Part shown: positions 46,439 to 55,162 of the stretch, piece after piece
Position numbering within the stretch: the stretch's first letter is position 1
Layout of the letters: each line of letters opens with the position of its first letter
Made by a program: the position numbers and the translations under genes
Assembly: GCA_964544915.1 (NCBI GenBank)
Contig: CAZJDY010000020.1
Coordinates: 69,532 to 133,531 of the forward strand
From: an uncultured Methanomassiliicoccaceae archaeon
GTDB lineage: Archaea; Thermoplasmatota; Thermoplasmata; Methanomassiliicoccales; JACIVX01
Length of the DNA: 64,000 bases
Direction of reading: 5' to 3'
The notes under the pieces: model-generated
What the model saw: the letters and a program-made list of their open reading frames with translations, nothing else
The model's database searches: none
What the model was told of the DNA's origin: nothing

Positions 46439-47511
46439 CTCTCACACCTTCTCAAGAGGGTCAATAGATACTCTGCCGACCTATCCCAATTGTATTGTCT
46501 GGAGTCTTTAAGAGCTTCTTCGGAATAGTAATCGAGCTTCTTGTTGTTGAATAGGGACAGTATTCCACGAGCCATTGCATTTGGATTCGGCTCACACAAA
46601 ACACCTGTGCGTCCATTCTTGATTGAATCTCTTAATCCCGGAACATCATATCCGAGGGCTGGTGTTCCAACAGCATTTGCCTCGGTGACAACCAATCCCC
46701 ACCCTTCTCTGACAGCAGGGACAAGAATGAGGTGACTCATTGAAACAAGTTCAATTCTTCGTTGTCTCGGCAGATGGCCGAAAAAGGTGGAATTTTCATC
46801 ACTCATTTTCTCAATTTGCCTTCTCATGTATCCGTCACCGATCATCCAAATTTGGAGGTCCTTGATTTCATTCCTAGCAATTCTGTATGCCTTGAAAGCA
46901 TGGTCAGGGAGTTTTGCTCTCTTGAATCTGCCCACAAAAATTAGAGTAGGCTTTTCCTCTTTGATTGGGACGGATTGAAAGGGTTCAAAATCGACGCCCT
47001 CAGGTATTATCATGATTTCCTTGAATCCCAGTTTCCCCAGATCATCTGCGGTCGAGTTAGATACGGTAAGTGTTGGTACATTCTTGTACTGACTCAGCCA
47101 ATGATTCTCAAGCCAGTAATATCCAACCCAGTTTAATGGCCATCTGGTTTCATAGAACCAGAACTCTCTAGCTAACTGATGGATTAGGGCGAACAAACAC
47201 TCGCCTTTATTCACAAATCTAGGTGTCATAAATGGCCGAGTGTTGATTTCATCAATTACCACATCGTATCGAGTTCTAGTGTCTTCATAGAATTGTCTCG
47301 CCTTTCGATATACAGAGTATTTCCCACCGACTCGGAATATCTCTACGCCATCTATGTTCTCGTTCCTAGGTCCTCCTTCAAAACCTGCGGTAACTAATGT
47401 GACGTCCATTCCTTTGGTTGAGAGCCGCCTCATGATTTCGTGAGTGAATACTTCCGCACCCCCGGCTTCGGGATTCTTGATGTCACGCCAGTTGAGAACG
47501 AGGATTCTTAT
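46435..47511 (-). CDS. GT4 (GT-B fold, family-1-type) glycosyltransferase; only a non-canonical ATA is available at the homologous start (see findings)
   Basis: C-terminal EGWGLVVTEANAVGTPAL motif. The typical GT4 N-terminus (M)RILVLNWRDIKNPEAGGAEVF is encoded in frame upstream of the first ATG (47433) and begins with ATA 47511..47509, directly after an in-frame TAG. Confidence 0.75.
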   Translation of the reverse strand: MRILVLNWRDIKNPEAGGAEVFTHEIMRRLSTKGMDVTLVTAGFEGGPRNENIDGVEIFRVGGKYSVYRKARQFYEDTRTRYDVVIDEINTRPFMTPRFVNKGECLFALIHQLAREFWFYETRWPLNWVGYYWLENHWLSQYKNVPTLTVSNSTADDLGKLGFKEIMIIPEGVDFEPFQSVPIKEEKPTLIFVGRFKRAKLPDHAFKAYRIARNEIKDLQIWMIGDGYMRRQIEKMSDENSTFFGHLPRQRRIELVSMSHLILVPAVREGWGLVVTEANAVGTPALGYDVPGLRDSIKNGRTGVLCEPNPNAMARGILSLFNNKKLDYYSEEALKDSRQYNWDRSAEYLLTLLRRCER

Positions 47512-48035
47512 GAGCTATCCCTTCCAATCGAGTACACTTGCCGTAATTAGCAATCTGCTTAAAGTCCTTTTCATGGCTGACTAGAGCAGCATGCTCTGAT
47601 ACCAATCCCAGTATCTCTTGAATATGCGTCGAACTGACAGGACAATCAATCCTATTCGAAATCTAATGGATGGTGTTTGGCGGTGCAAATACCGAAGCAC
47701 GTCCATAGAATCCGAAACTCCTATACACCAGTCCTGAGACGTAGTGACGTCTAGGGATCACAGTACAAACTCGTCCCTCGTTCGGATACGGTTCAACGGA
47801 AAAGGAGAATAGGTATTGTTCTTACAGGAAGACTCTATTCACAGGAATATTCTCCAAATTTCACCAGATTGGCAAGGATAGTGACCGTGAGTACAATCTC
47901 CAGTTCGCCTCTCGAAGCGAGGCTCTCGGCGGAAACACTATTACTGCGGAGCATTTAGATACGCCTTTCGTCAATCAAGTTCCATCCGCGCCTGAGGAGA
48001 CGCATGATAGTCTCCCTGGAGGGGGAGAGTGAGAC

Positions 48036-48293
48036 GTGGAACCGTATGACATCGCCGGAATACTGATCATTGTACCCTTCCTTTTTTTCAGGATCGTCTA
48101 CAAGGTCGACTCTAGGATCATCATAGGCATAGCCCTCGTGCTTCTCGTCGCAACAGGTGTTTCGCTCGCCGCAGGCAGCGAATCTATCGCGAACGACCTT
48201 GCGATTGTCGCCTACTATTGTATCGTCGTAGGAGTTCTACTGCTTGCCATCGAGTACGCATTGAACGAAAGAAGAAAGGCGAGAGGAAGTTAG
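48036..48293 (+). CDS. Small membrane protein (2-3 TM)
   Basis: 85 aa. GTG start preceded by GGAGGGGGAG 9 nt upstream. Hydrophobic throughout. Confidence 0.45.
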   Translation: MEPYDIAGILIIVPFLFFRIVYKVDSRIIIGIALVLLVATGVSLAAGSESIANDLAIVAYYCIVVGVLLLAIEYALNERRKARGS

Positions 48294-48450
48294 GCGGTGG
48301 AGCGGCCGCTTCTCAGGGGACATCTTCAAGAAGATGGATGGCGAAAATCCCGGGGATCTGATCCAGCTACTCGGACCGTATTCTCCCTATGTGTTCTTTC
48401 TTCTGCTCGCACTTCTGGCTCGTGACCCACTATCGGCTCCGTGTTAAGTA

Positions 48451-48723
48451 TTGAGCCCAACTATGATTTTCACGCCAGGGATGTCCTCGACGCCTTTCAG
48501 GGACTTCCGAGAATCGGTCGGTGTGTCGAAGTCAACGCTGTCCTATGATCTCAAGAAGCTGACAGGAGCTGGCATCGTCCGGGTGGAGAGGTCCGAGAGG
48601 GAGATGGTCTACCGCGTCAACAATCCGAACGAGGTCGCGGACAGCCTGGTCGCGCTACAAGAGAGCTTAGAAAGCGATGCGGTGGATGGATTCGTCGACA
48701 TCTGGAGGAAGTTCAGCAGATGA
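48451..48723 (+). CDS. wHTH (ArsR-like) regulator, possibly the 3' part of a gene interrupted by an in-frame TAA
   Basis: FRDFRESVGVSKSTLSYDLKKLTGAGIVRVERSEREMVYRV is HTH plus wing. An upstream ORF in the same frame (ATG 48334) ends at TAA 48445-48447. Confidence 0.45.
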   Translation: MSPTMIFTPGMSSTPFRDFRESVGVSKSTLSYDLKKLTGAGIVRVERSEREMVYRVNNPNEVADSLVALQESLESDAVDGFVDIWRKFSR

Positions 48724-48812
48724 GAAACGTCTCCTCCAGACTGTCCACGAAAACAACTATTATAATATGGGATTGCGATTATCTGAAAAGGGATTGTTTC
48801 CCGAGGGGAGGA

Positions 48813-49616
48813 ATGATGAGTAAGAACTATCGGGCATTGAAGGCATTTGGCATCATAATCGTTGTCGCACTGTTGTCTTCTTCGTTCTTGGGTTGCATCG
48901 GCGGGCAGCAGAACACCGTTGACGCGATCAAGAAACGAGGGACTTTGATCATGGGGACCTCTGGAGGATTTCCGCCTTTCGAGGTCGTGAATACCACGAC
49001 GCAGAAGTTGGAAGGACTGGACATCGACTTGGCTCAGAAGATTGCGAATCAATTGGGGGTCAGTCTCGACGTCAGGAACATGGACTTCACGGCTCTGATT
49101 GGAGCGGTCAAGACTGGACAGATTGACATGGCAATAGCTGGGATGACAATCACGGCGGACAGGAACGCATCGGTGACATTCTCAAACCCGTATTTCACAG
49201 CGGACCAAGCGATAGTAGTGAAGTCGGACCGAACGGACATCAATTCACCATCCGACCTAGCTGGCAAGAAGATATCCGTTAACCAGGGAACGACGGGTGA
49301 CATGTGGGTTGAAGATAATCTTGTCGCAACAGGAGTAGTTGCCGCCGAGGACGTTCATAAGTTCGGTTACGCTTCTGACGCCCTTCTTGATTTGTTTGCT
49401 GGCAGAGTTGATGCTCTGGTGATCGACTCCCCAGTCGCCGCCGCATACGTCGCCACCCATGCCGGCATCAAGGTTGTCTACACCATCGTGACGAACGAGT
49501 ACTACGGTATCGCGATGAGCAGGAACTCAGTAGAGCTGATTCAGTTCGTCAACGATCTGCTGGTACAAATGGAAGCCTCCGGCGAGATGCAGCAAATAGT
49601 GTCCAAGTGGTTCTGA
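48813..49616 (+). CDS. Polar-amino-acid ABC transporter substrate-binding lipoprotein
   Basis: Start moved to ATG 48813, with GGGGAGGA upstream. The signal peptide ends in FLGC (lipobox-like). SBP_bac_3-like body (GFPPFE.., DIDLAQKIA, IAGMTIT..R). Confidence 0.85.
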   Translation: MMSKNYRALKAFGIIIVVALLSSSFLGCIGGQQNTVDAIKKRGTLIMGTSGGFPPFEVVNTTTQKLEGLDIDLAQKIANQLGVSLDVRNMDFTALIGAVKTGQIDMAIAGMTITADRNASVTFSNPYFTADQAIVVKSDRTDINSPSDLAGKKISVNQGTTGDMWVEDNLVATGVVAAEDVHKFGYASDALLDLFAGRVDALVIDSPVAAAYVATHAGIKVVYTIVTNEYYGIAMSRNSVELIQFVNDLLVQMEASGEMQQIVSKWF

Positions 49617-49682
49617 GGTCCGTAGGCGACAAACTCCTTCCTTTTCATTATTTAGAGAGGCGCGGGACGAGGATACGATCGC

Positions 49683-50348
49683 ATGGCATTGGACTTAATC
49701 ACTAACAACCTTGGGTTCTTCTTCAGCGGCGCGATCCTCACCTTGGAGATCAGTCTCAGTGCGATCGCGATCGGCTTCGTCCTCGGCATCCTGATGGGTC
49801 TAGGCAGGGTCTCAAGAGTACTGCCTGTGAGGCTCTTATCCACAGGATACGTTGAGGCCCTAAGAGGAACGCCTCTTCTCATCCAGATATTCATAATATA
49901 CTTCGGGTTACCGTCGGTCGGGATCTATCTCAGTCCACTCGTATCCGGAATACTCGCGGTGGGGTTGAACAGCGCAGCATATCAGGCCGAGATCATCAGA
50001 GGCGGGATACAATCGGTCCCGAGGGGACAGCTGGAGGCCGCGAGATCCATCGGAATGAGCTACACCCAATCGATGCGCTACGTCGTTCTTCCGCAGGCGC
50101 TGCGACTGATAATCCCTCCGATGACTAACGAATTCATAACATTGATAAAGGACTCATCTCTAGTGAGTGCGATAGGAATATGGGAGCTGACACTAGTAGG
50201 CAAGGAGCTAAACGCAAAGTACTTCGAGCCCTTCCAGGTCTTCATCTTCGTCGCAATCGTGTACTTCATAATGACGTACGCGACCTCGAAGATCATGCGG
50301 AGAGTGGAGAAGAAGTTCAAGATTCCGGGATACGGCGCAGAAGCCTGA
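49683..50348 (+). CDS. Polar-amino-acid ABC transporter permease (His/Glu/Gln/Arg family)
   Basis: 221 aa. [10 protein letters not shown] and the EAA loop [29 protein letters not shown]. Confidence 0.9.
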   Translation: MALDLITNNLGFFFSGAILTLEISLSAIAIGFVLGILMGLGRVSRVLPVRLLSTGYVEALRGTPLLIQIFIIYFGLPSVGIYLSPLVSGILAVGLNSAAYQAEIIRGGIQSVPRGQLEAARSIGMSYTQSMRYVVLPQALRLIIPPMTNEFITLIKDSSLVSAIGIWELTLVGKELNAKYFEPFQVFIFVAIVYFIMTYATSKIMRRVEKKFKIPGYGAEA

Positions 50349-51073
50349 TCGAAGCAGTCGACATCCACAAGTCGTTCGATGGCCTCGAGGTCCTGAAGGG
50401 CGTCAACCTGTCGGTCTACAAAGGAGAGGTAGTTGTAATCATTGGGCCTTCCGGGAGCGGGAAGAGCACATTCCTGCGCTGCCTGAACAGACTAACGGAG
50501 CCGACGAAGGGGGAAGTCTACTTCGACGGCGTCAAGATCACTGGCCCTGATGTAGACATGAATAGGATCAGGGCCGAGATTGGGATGGTCTTTCAGAGTT
50601 TCAATCTCTTCTTGCATCTCACCGCTAAGAAGAACATCATGCTCGCCTTGACGAAGGTCGAGGGAGTCGAAGTCGGAGAGGCCGAGAAGAAGTCGATGGA
50701 GGCGCTCGAGCGAGTTGGCCTAGCAGATAAGGCGGACAGCTATCCGGGGCAGTTGTCCGGCGGGCAGCAGCAGAGGGTCGCGATCGCGAGAGCGGTTGCG
50801 ATGAACCCAAAACTGATCATGTTCGACGAACCGACGTCCGCGCTCGATCCTGAGCTAATAGGTGAGGTGCTCGATGTCATGAACTCTCTGGCAAGGGGCG
50901 GGATGACCATGATCGTCGTCACGCATGAGATGGGATTCGCGAGGGAGGTCTCAGATCGCGTCATCTTCATGGACCATGGCATCGTGCTCGAGGAAGGCGC
51001 TCCAGCGGAAATCTTCACGAATCCTAAGCACGAAAGGACCAAGACATTCTTGAGGCGATTGTTCAAGGAGTGA
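50345..51073 (+). CDS. Polar-amino-acid ABC transporter ATP-binding protein (GlnQ-like); homologous start position is CTG overlapping the permease stop (see findings)
   Basis: Walker [57 protein letters not shown] aligns residue-for-residue with the MIE..N..K.FG N-terminus of GlnQ-type proteins. Confidence 0.85.
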   Translation: MIEAVDIHKSFDGLEVLKGVNLSVYKGEVVVIIGPSGSGKSTFLRCLNRLTEPTKGEVYFDGVKITGPDVDMNRIRAEIGMVFQSFNLFLHLTAKKNIMLALTKVEGVEVGEAEKKSMEALERVGLADKADSYPGQLSGGQQQRVAIARAVAMNPKLIMFDEPTSALDPELIGEVLDVMNSLARGGMTMIVVTHEMGFAREVSDRVIFMDHGIVLEEGAPAEIFTNPKHERTKTFLRRLFKE

Positions 51074-51272
51074 GCATTGGTCCGGGGTGAGTGACCTCTA
51101 GCAGGATCGATTGTGATTGGCGCAAGCCGCTTGGTCGAGGCGTGAGACTTTATGACAAGGTTTAAGTACAATACTCCTAATACAAGGGAACGATGGAGCA
51201 GACTGCCCTGACTACTGGTTCGAGTTCTGTGTCGGTCAGCGTGCAGCTTCTGGTCGTTTTGGTCGTTAGATA

Positions 51273-51304
51273 GGGGAGACCTTCTTTTTCGGAGGGGACT
51301 CCCC
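51273..51304 (+). promoter_or_regulatory. Strong imperfect hairpin in the ilvB leader
   Basis: GGGGAGACCUUC-UUUUUC-GGAGGGGACUCCCC. The outer 6 bp (GGGGAG/CUCCCC) and inner CC/GG pairs were paired by hand. It ends 24 nt before the ilvB ATG. Confidence 0.3.
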
Positions 51305-51328
51305 GATGATTGTGTGTGAGGAATGTGA

Positions 51329-53002
51329 ATGAGAGGTTCTGAAGTTCTCATCAATGTCCTGCGCGACGAGGGCGTGAATGTCCTCTTCGGCTATCCAGGC
51401 GGGGCCATGCTTCCCCTCTACGATGACCTGAGGAGCTCCGACGTAAGGCATGTCCTCGTCCGGCACGAACAGTGCGCCGCTCATATGGCTGACGGATTCG
51501 CCCGCGTCCTCAAGAGGCCGGGCGTCTGCATGGCCACGTCAGGGGCGGGGGCGACGAACCTCGTCACGGGCATCGCGACCGCATTCCTCGATTCGTCTCC
51601 TGTCATCGCCCTCACCGGGCAGGTACCGACGGGCAATATTGGGAACGATGCCTTCCAGGAGGCGGACATCTTCAGCCTCATGATGCCAATAACGAAGCAC
51701 AACTTCAGGATCATGAACGCGGCGAATCTCTCTAATGATCTGAGGAGCGCTTTCTCGATAGCCGCGAGCGGGCGATACGGACCGGTGCAAGTGGATCTCC
51801 CGAGGGACATACTCACTTGCGACATCTCCTCCCCCATCGAGCCAAGAAAGGTCTCGGCAAACGGAATGAGGGAGGATCTCACCGAATTGCCTCAAGCGAT
51901 TCAGCTCCTTGAGTCGGCCGAGCGGCCGCTCATCCTCGTCGGAGGAGGGGCGATGTGGTCCGGATGCGGTCAGGACTTGATCACGCTGGCGGAGATGATC
52001 GCCTCTCCTGTCGCGACGACGCTGATGGGAAAGAGTACCGTGCCAGAGAATCACCCATTGGTCCTTGGTATGGTGGGCATGCACGGGAGAAGGGTCGCGA
52101 ACTACGCACTCGAGGAATGCGATGTGCTTCTGGCGGTCGGCACGAGGTTCAGCGATAGGATGATCGGGGACCCGTCTTCTTGCCGAACGAGGGTCATCCA
52201 CATCGACATCGACACCGGTGAGCTCGGAAAGAACGTAAGGCCGACAGTCGCCCTCAGCGGGGACGCCGGGCTGGTGATCAGAGCTATCTCATCATCGATC
52301 CATGCGAAGAGAAACGATGGGAAGTGGACGGAGAGGATGGGAATACTGAAGAAGGAGTGTGCCTGCAACCTCGACCTCGGCGACAACCCAATCAAGCCGC
52401 AGAAGGTCATATACGAGCTGTCGAGGCTCCTGCCGGATGACGCCATCGTGACGACAGAAGTAGGTCAATGTCAGATGTTCGCCGCGCATTTCTTCGAGTG
52501 CCGCGGCAAGAGGCAGTTCATAACGCCCGGAGGGTTGGGCACGATGGGGTTCGGACTGCCCGCCGCCATCGGGGCTAAGGTCGCCGCCCCACAGAGGTCG
52601 GTGGTCGATGTCGCTGGAGATGGAAGCCTTCTCATGGTCTGCCAGGAGCTTGCCACTGCGGTAGAGGAGGATATTCCTGTTTTCGTCTGCCTGCTGAACA
52701 ACGGAAGGCTCGGTATGATCAAGCAGCTCCAGAACATGTTCTACGGAGGCAGGATGACGGCGATGGATCTAGGTTCTTCCCCGGACTTCGTGAAACTGGC
52801 CGAGGCGTTCGGGGTAAGGGCTGCAAGGGTCAAGGACCCGAAGGACCTGGAGAGCGTCATAGAGGAAGGCATGGCGTCGGACCGTCCCTTCCTCGCGGAC
52901 ATATGGATCGACAGGGAGGAGGAGGTACTGCCGGTGACGCTCAGAACAGAAAGCGGGACGCAAGTGATCGCAGGCAACTGTGCTTGGAAGGGAGTGTGCT
53001 GA
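51329..53002 (+). CDS. ilvB: Acetolactate synthase large subunit (ThDP-dependent)
   Basis: 557 aa. N-terminal GSEVLINVLRDEGV..FGYPGG, the ThDP motif GDGS..M...EL.T, and NNG.LGM. Confidence 0.9.
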   Translation: MRGSEVLINVLRDEGVNVLFGYPGGAMLPLYDDLRSSDVRHVLVRHEQCAAHMADGFARVLKRPGVCMATSGAGATNLVTGIATAFLDSSPVIALTGQVPTGNIGNDAFQEADIFSLMMPITKHNFRIMNAANLSNDLRSAFSIAASGRYGPVQVDLPRDILTCDISSPIEPRKVSANGMREDLTELPQAIQLLESAERPLILVGGGAMWSGCGQDLITLAEMIASPVATTLMGKSTVPENHPLVLGMVGMHGRRVANYALEECDVLLAVGTRFSDRMIGDPSSCRTRVIHIDIDTGELGKNVRPTVALSGDAGLVIRAISSSIHAKRNDGKWTERMGILKKECACNLDLGDNPIKPQKVIYELSRLLPDDAIVTTEVGQCQMFAAHFFECRGKRQFITPGGLGTMGFGLPAAIGAKVAAPQRSVVDVAGDGSLLMVCQELATAVEEDIPVFVCLLNNGRLGMIKQLQNMFYGGRMTAMDLGSSPDFVKLAEAFGVRAARVKDPKDLESVIEEGMASDRPFLADIWIDREEEVLPVTLRTESGTQVIAGNCAWKGVC

Positions 53003-53003
53003 C

Positions 53004-53366
53004 GTGGAAGTAATATCGATGATAGTGAACGACGAGTTCGGTGTGATGCAGAGAGTGATGGGCGAATTCACGCGGAAGAAGATCAACGTCGAGACGATCG
53101 TGGTCGGGAAGTGCGAAATATCTGGAAAGGCCAGGGTAGTGCTCAGCGTGAAAGAGAGGAAGCAAGCGGAGCAGGCCGTGGAGCGGCTCGAGCGCCTTCA
53201 GGACGTCGTTCAGGTCGAAATCGTCGACGAGACGAGGCACGAGGGGTATGCGCTGGTGGCGAACTCGTTCGGAAAGGCCAGGTTGATAGGCAGCCTCGAA
53301 GAGGTCGGGGGTCTCATCGACACCACCAAGCCCGATCGTTTCATCAAGACGGTGAACGCGCTCTGA
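53004..53366 (+). CDS. ilvN: Acetolactate synthase small (regulatory, ACT-domain) subunit, short form
   Basis: GTG 53004 lies 1 nt after the ilvB stop. ISMIVNDEFGVMQRVMGEFTRKKINVETI is the IlvN/IlvH ACT pattern. At 120 aa it is shorter than the typical protein. Confidence 0.65.
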   Translation: MEVISMIVNDEFGVMQRVMGEFTRKKINVETIVVGKCEISGKARVVLSVKERKQAEQAVERLERLQDVVQVEIVDETRHEGYALVANSFGKARLIGSLEEVGGLIDTTKPDRFIKTVNAL

Positions 53367-53447
53367 GCCCGTCCCACGAGGCTTAATTCTTTAAAGGTTC
53401 AGAGGCGTATCCGGTACTGCTTAACGAGGTTTAGAGGAGGTCATTGC

Positions 53448-54365
53448 ATGGAGCCGACCGAGAAAATCTGGATGGATGGCAAGCTAGTCGATTGGGAGAA
53501 GGCGAACGTGCACATATTGACGCACGGCCTTCACTACGGCGGGGGCGTTTTCGAGGGCATCCGCCTGTATAGCACAAGCAAGGGCAGGGCCATCTTCCGC
53601 CTGAAGGACCACATGATCCGATTCTTCGACTCCGCGAAGGTTATCGAGCTCAAGATTCCTTACAGCCTGGACGAGCTCTGCAAGGCGACGAAGGAGGTCG
53701 TCAAGGCGAACCGCTCGAAGGTCGACTACATCCGCCCGATCGCTTACTATGGCGCAGGGGCCGTCGGTCTGAACCCCGTGAAGCTGCCGACGAAGGTCGC
53801 GATAGCGTGCATCTACATGGGTCCTTACCTAGGTGAAGAGCAGCAGAAGTACGGCGCGAGACTGATCACCTCCTCCTGGGAGAAGCCGTCAAATCGCGCG
53901 GCTGCTGTCAACGCGAAGATATGCGGGAACTACATCAACTCGGTGCTTGCCAGATTGGAGGCCGTTCACAGTGGAGCGGACGAGGCGCTGATGCTCGACA
54001 CGAAAGGGAATGTGGCGGAGGGCACCGGCGAGAACATATTCATGGTCAGGAACGGGAAGATATGCACACCCGGCATGGCCTCCGGGATACTCGGGGGAAT
54101 AACGCGAGACTCCGTGATGCAATTGGCGCCCGAGCTTGGACATCAGATCAACGAGAGGGACATAACGAGAACGGAGCTTTACGTCGCGGACGAGGTGTTC
54201 ATGACCGGCACTGCTGCAGAGGTCCTGCCGATCAGATCGATAGACGACCGCGACATAGGCATGGGAAAGCCCGGCCCAATCACAATGATGTTCGCGAAGG
54301 AGTTCTCGAACATCACGATGGGGAAGAACAAGAAGTTCATGCACTGGCTGGACTTCGTGGGCTGA
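53448..54365 (+). CDS. ilvE: Branched-chain-amino-acid aminotransferase (class IV PLP)
   Basis: 305 aa. HGLHYGGGVFEGIR.Y, the catalytic-Lys region AAAVNAKICGNYINSV, and EGTGENIF. Confidence 0.9.
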   Translation: MEPTEKIWMDGKLVDWEKANVHILTHGLHYGGGVFEGIRLYSTSKGRAIFRLKDHMIRFFDSAKVIELKIPYSLDELCKATKEVVKANRSKVDYIRPIAYYGAGAVGLNPVKLPTKVAIACIYMGPYLGEEQQKYGARLITSSWEKPSNRAAAVNAKICGNYINSVLARLEAVHSGADEALMLDTKGNVAEGTGENIFMVRNGKICTPGMASGILGGITRDSVMQLAPELGHQINERDITRTELYVADEVFMTGTAAEVLPIRSIDDRDIGMGKPGPITMMFAKEFSNITMGKNKKFMHWLDFVG

Positions 54366-54378
54366 ACCTTCTAGTATC

Positions 54379-54720
54379 CTACCTGGAGTTGGAGGAAGAC
54401 CCGATCCTAATCATATACTGTTCCTCCTCCTCCCTCGACAAAGGATAGAACTTTCCGTCCACGTAAATCTCGAGGTCCGTGACCACGATGCTCTTGCCCT
54501 TGACTCTACCCTCCAGCCACTCCTGGAATACCTTCTCCACGGAACTCGGCGCGTCCATGTCCTCAATTCTCTCCATGAACCCACTGAACGAGTTGATGCC
54601 GTTGTGAGTCCCCTCCTCAATCCACCTGATCTCGACCCGCGTCATATCATCGTCCAATATGGGGACGTTCCTGAGGTAAATCTTTCGACCCGAATCATCG
54701 ACAGTATGTATGTGAGACAC
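54379..54720 (-). CDS. Hypothetical acidic protein
   Basis: 113 aa, GTG start, with natural-looking composition but no recognised motif. Confidence 0.4.
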   Translation of the reverse strand: MSHIHTVDDSGRKIYLRNVPILDDDMTRVEIRWIEEGTHNGINSFSGFMERIEDMDAPSSVEKVFQEWLEGRVKGKSIVVTDLEIYVDGKFYPLSREEEEQYMIRIGSSSNSR

Positions 54721-54785
54721 TGTCTGTCATGCCAGAAAATTTAAGGTTCGTTGTTCCGTTTAGTAGAATCGAAGAGGTTAGCGAG

Positions 54786-54935
54786 ATGGACACGGGGGTG
54801 CTCAATACGAAAGTCTGCCCGACCTGCGGGTCGGTGAGTGTTGCTCCTGAGTTCGAGCTGACGGATGAGGCGGTCTACTACTGTTGCTGCTGCGGTACCC
54901 ACTTCGTCGGAGACAAGGACATCAGGGATTTGTAG
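54786..54935 (+). CDS. Small zinc-ribbon protein (49 aa)
   Basis: CPTCG...CCCCG. The ATG at 54786 has an upstream AAATTTAAGG TATA-like box and a GAGGT; the track start 54729 would leave no promoter space. Confidence 0.45.
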   Translation: MDTGVLNTKVCPTCGSVSVAPEFELTDEAVYYCCCCGTHFVGDKDIRDL

Positions 54936-55104
54936 TCGATCGGGAACCTTTTCGCCGATCGTCCTGATATCTCACCTAGAACAGCGAAGTCGTCGGCGTT
55001 TCTTCATTCTAGAACGACACGCGATGAATGGATTACCGACGTTCGTGATTTCGGCGTCGAGACAATCCTTCTCATGTCAGCCGTTGTCTGGGATGTGTGA
55101 AGGC

Positions 55105-55112
55105 ATTATATA
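55105..55112 (+). promoter_or_regulatory. TATA-like box for the 2-oxoacid:ferredoxin oxidoreductase operon
   Basis: ATTATATA lies 51 nt before ATG 55163, with GGAGGGT 4 nt before the ATG. Confidence 0.4.
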
Positions 55113-55162
55113 CGGTCGGCACCAAATACTAATCGTACGAAGAGGGGTTTTGGAGGGTATGG

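Noticed and set aside
47515-47583. Two in-frame TAG codons upstream of the GT4 body, which might suggest pyrrolysine or stop read-through.
   Set aside because: TAG clearly terminates many well-delimited genes in this window (for example at 715-717, 4126-4128 and 5570-5572). No pyl genes are visible. GT4 enzymes normally begin exactly at the MRILVLNW-type sequence, so no N-terminal extension is expected.
34495-48035. A search for a mobile-element signature around the AT-rich island: integrase, transposase, flanking direct repeats, or an adjacent tRNA.
   Set aside because: None was found by eye. The flanking gaps share only trivial matches of 8 nt or less, so I do not call a mobile element.
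50180-50344. Taking the track ORF start (ATG 50180) as the true start of the GlnQ-like ATPase.
   Set aside because: It would embed 165 nt of the gene inside the permease gene and add a non-homologous Arg-rich extension. It cannot be excluded and is stated as the alternative in the finding.
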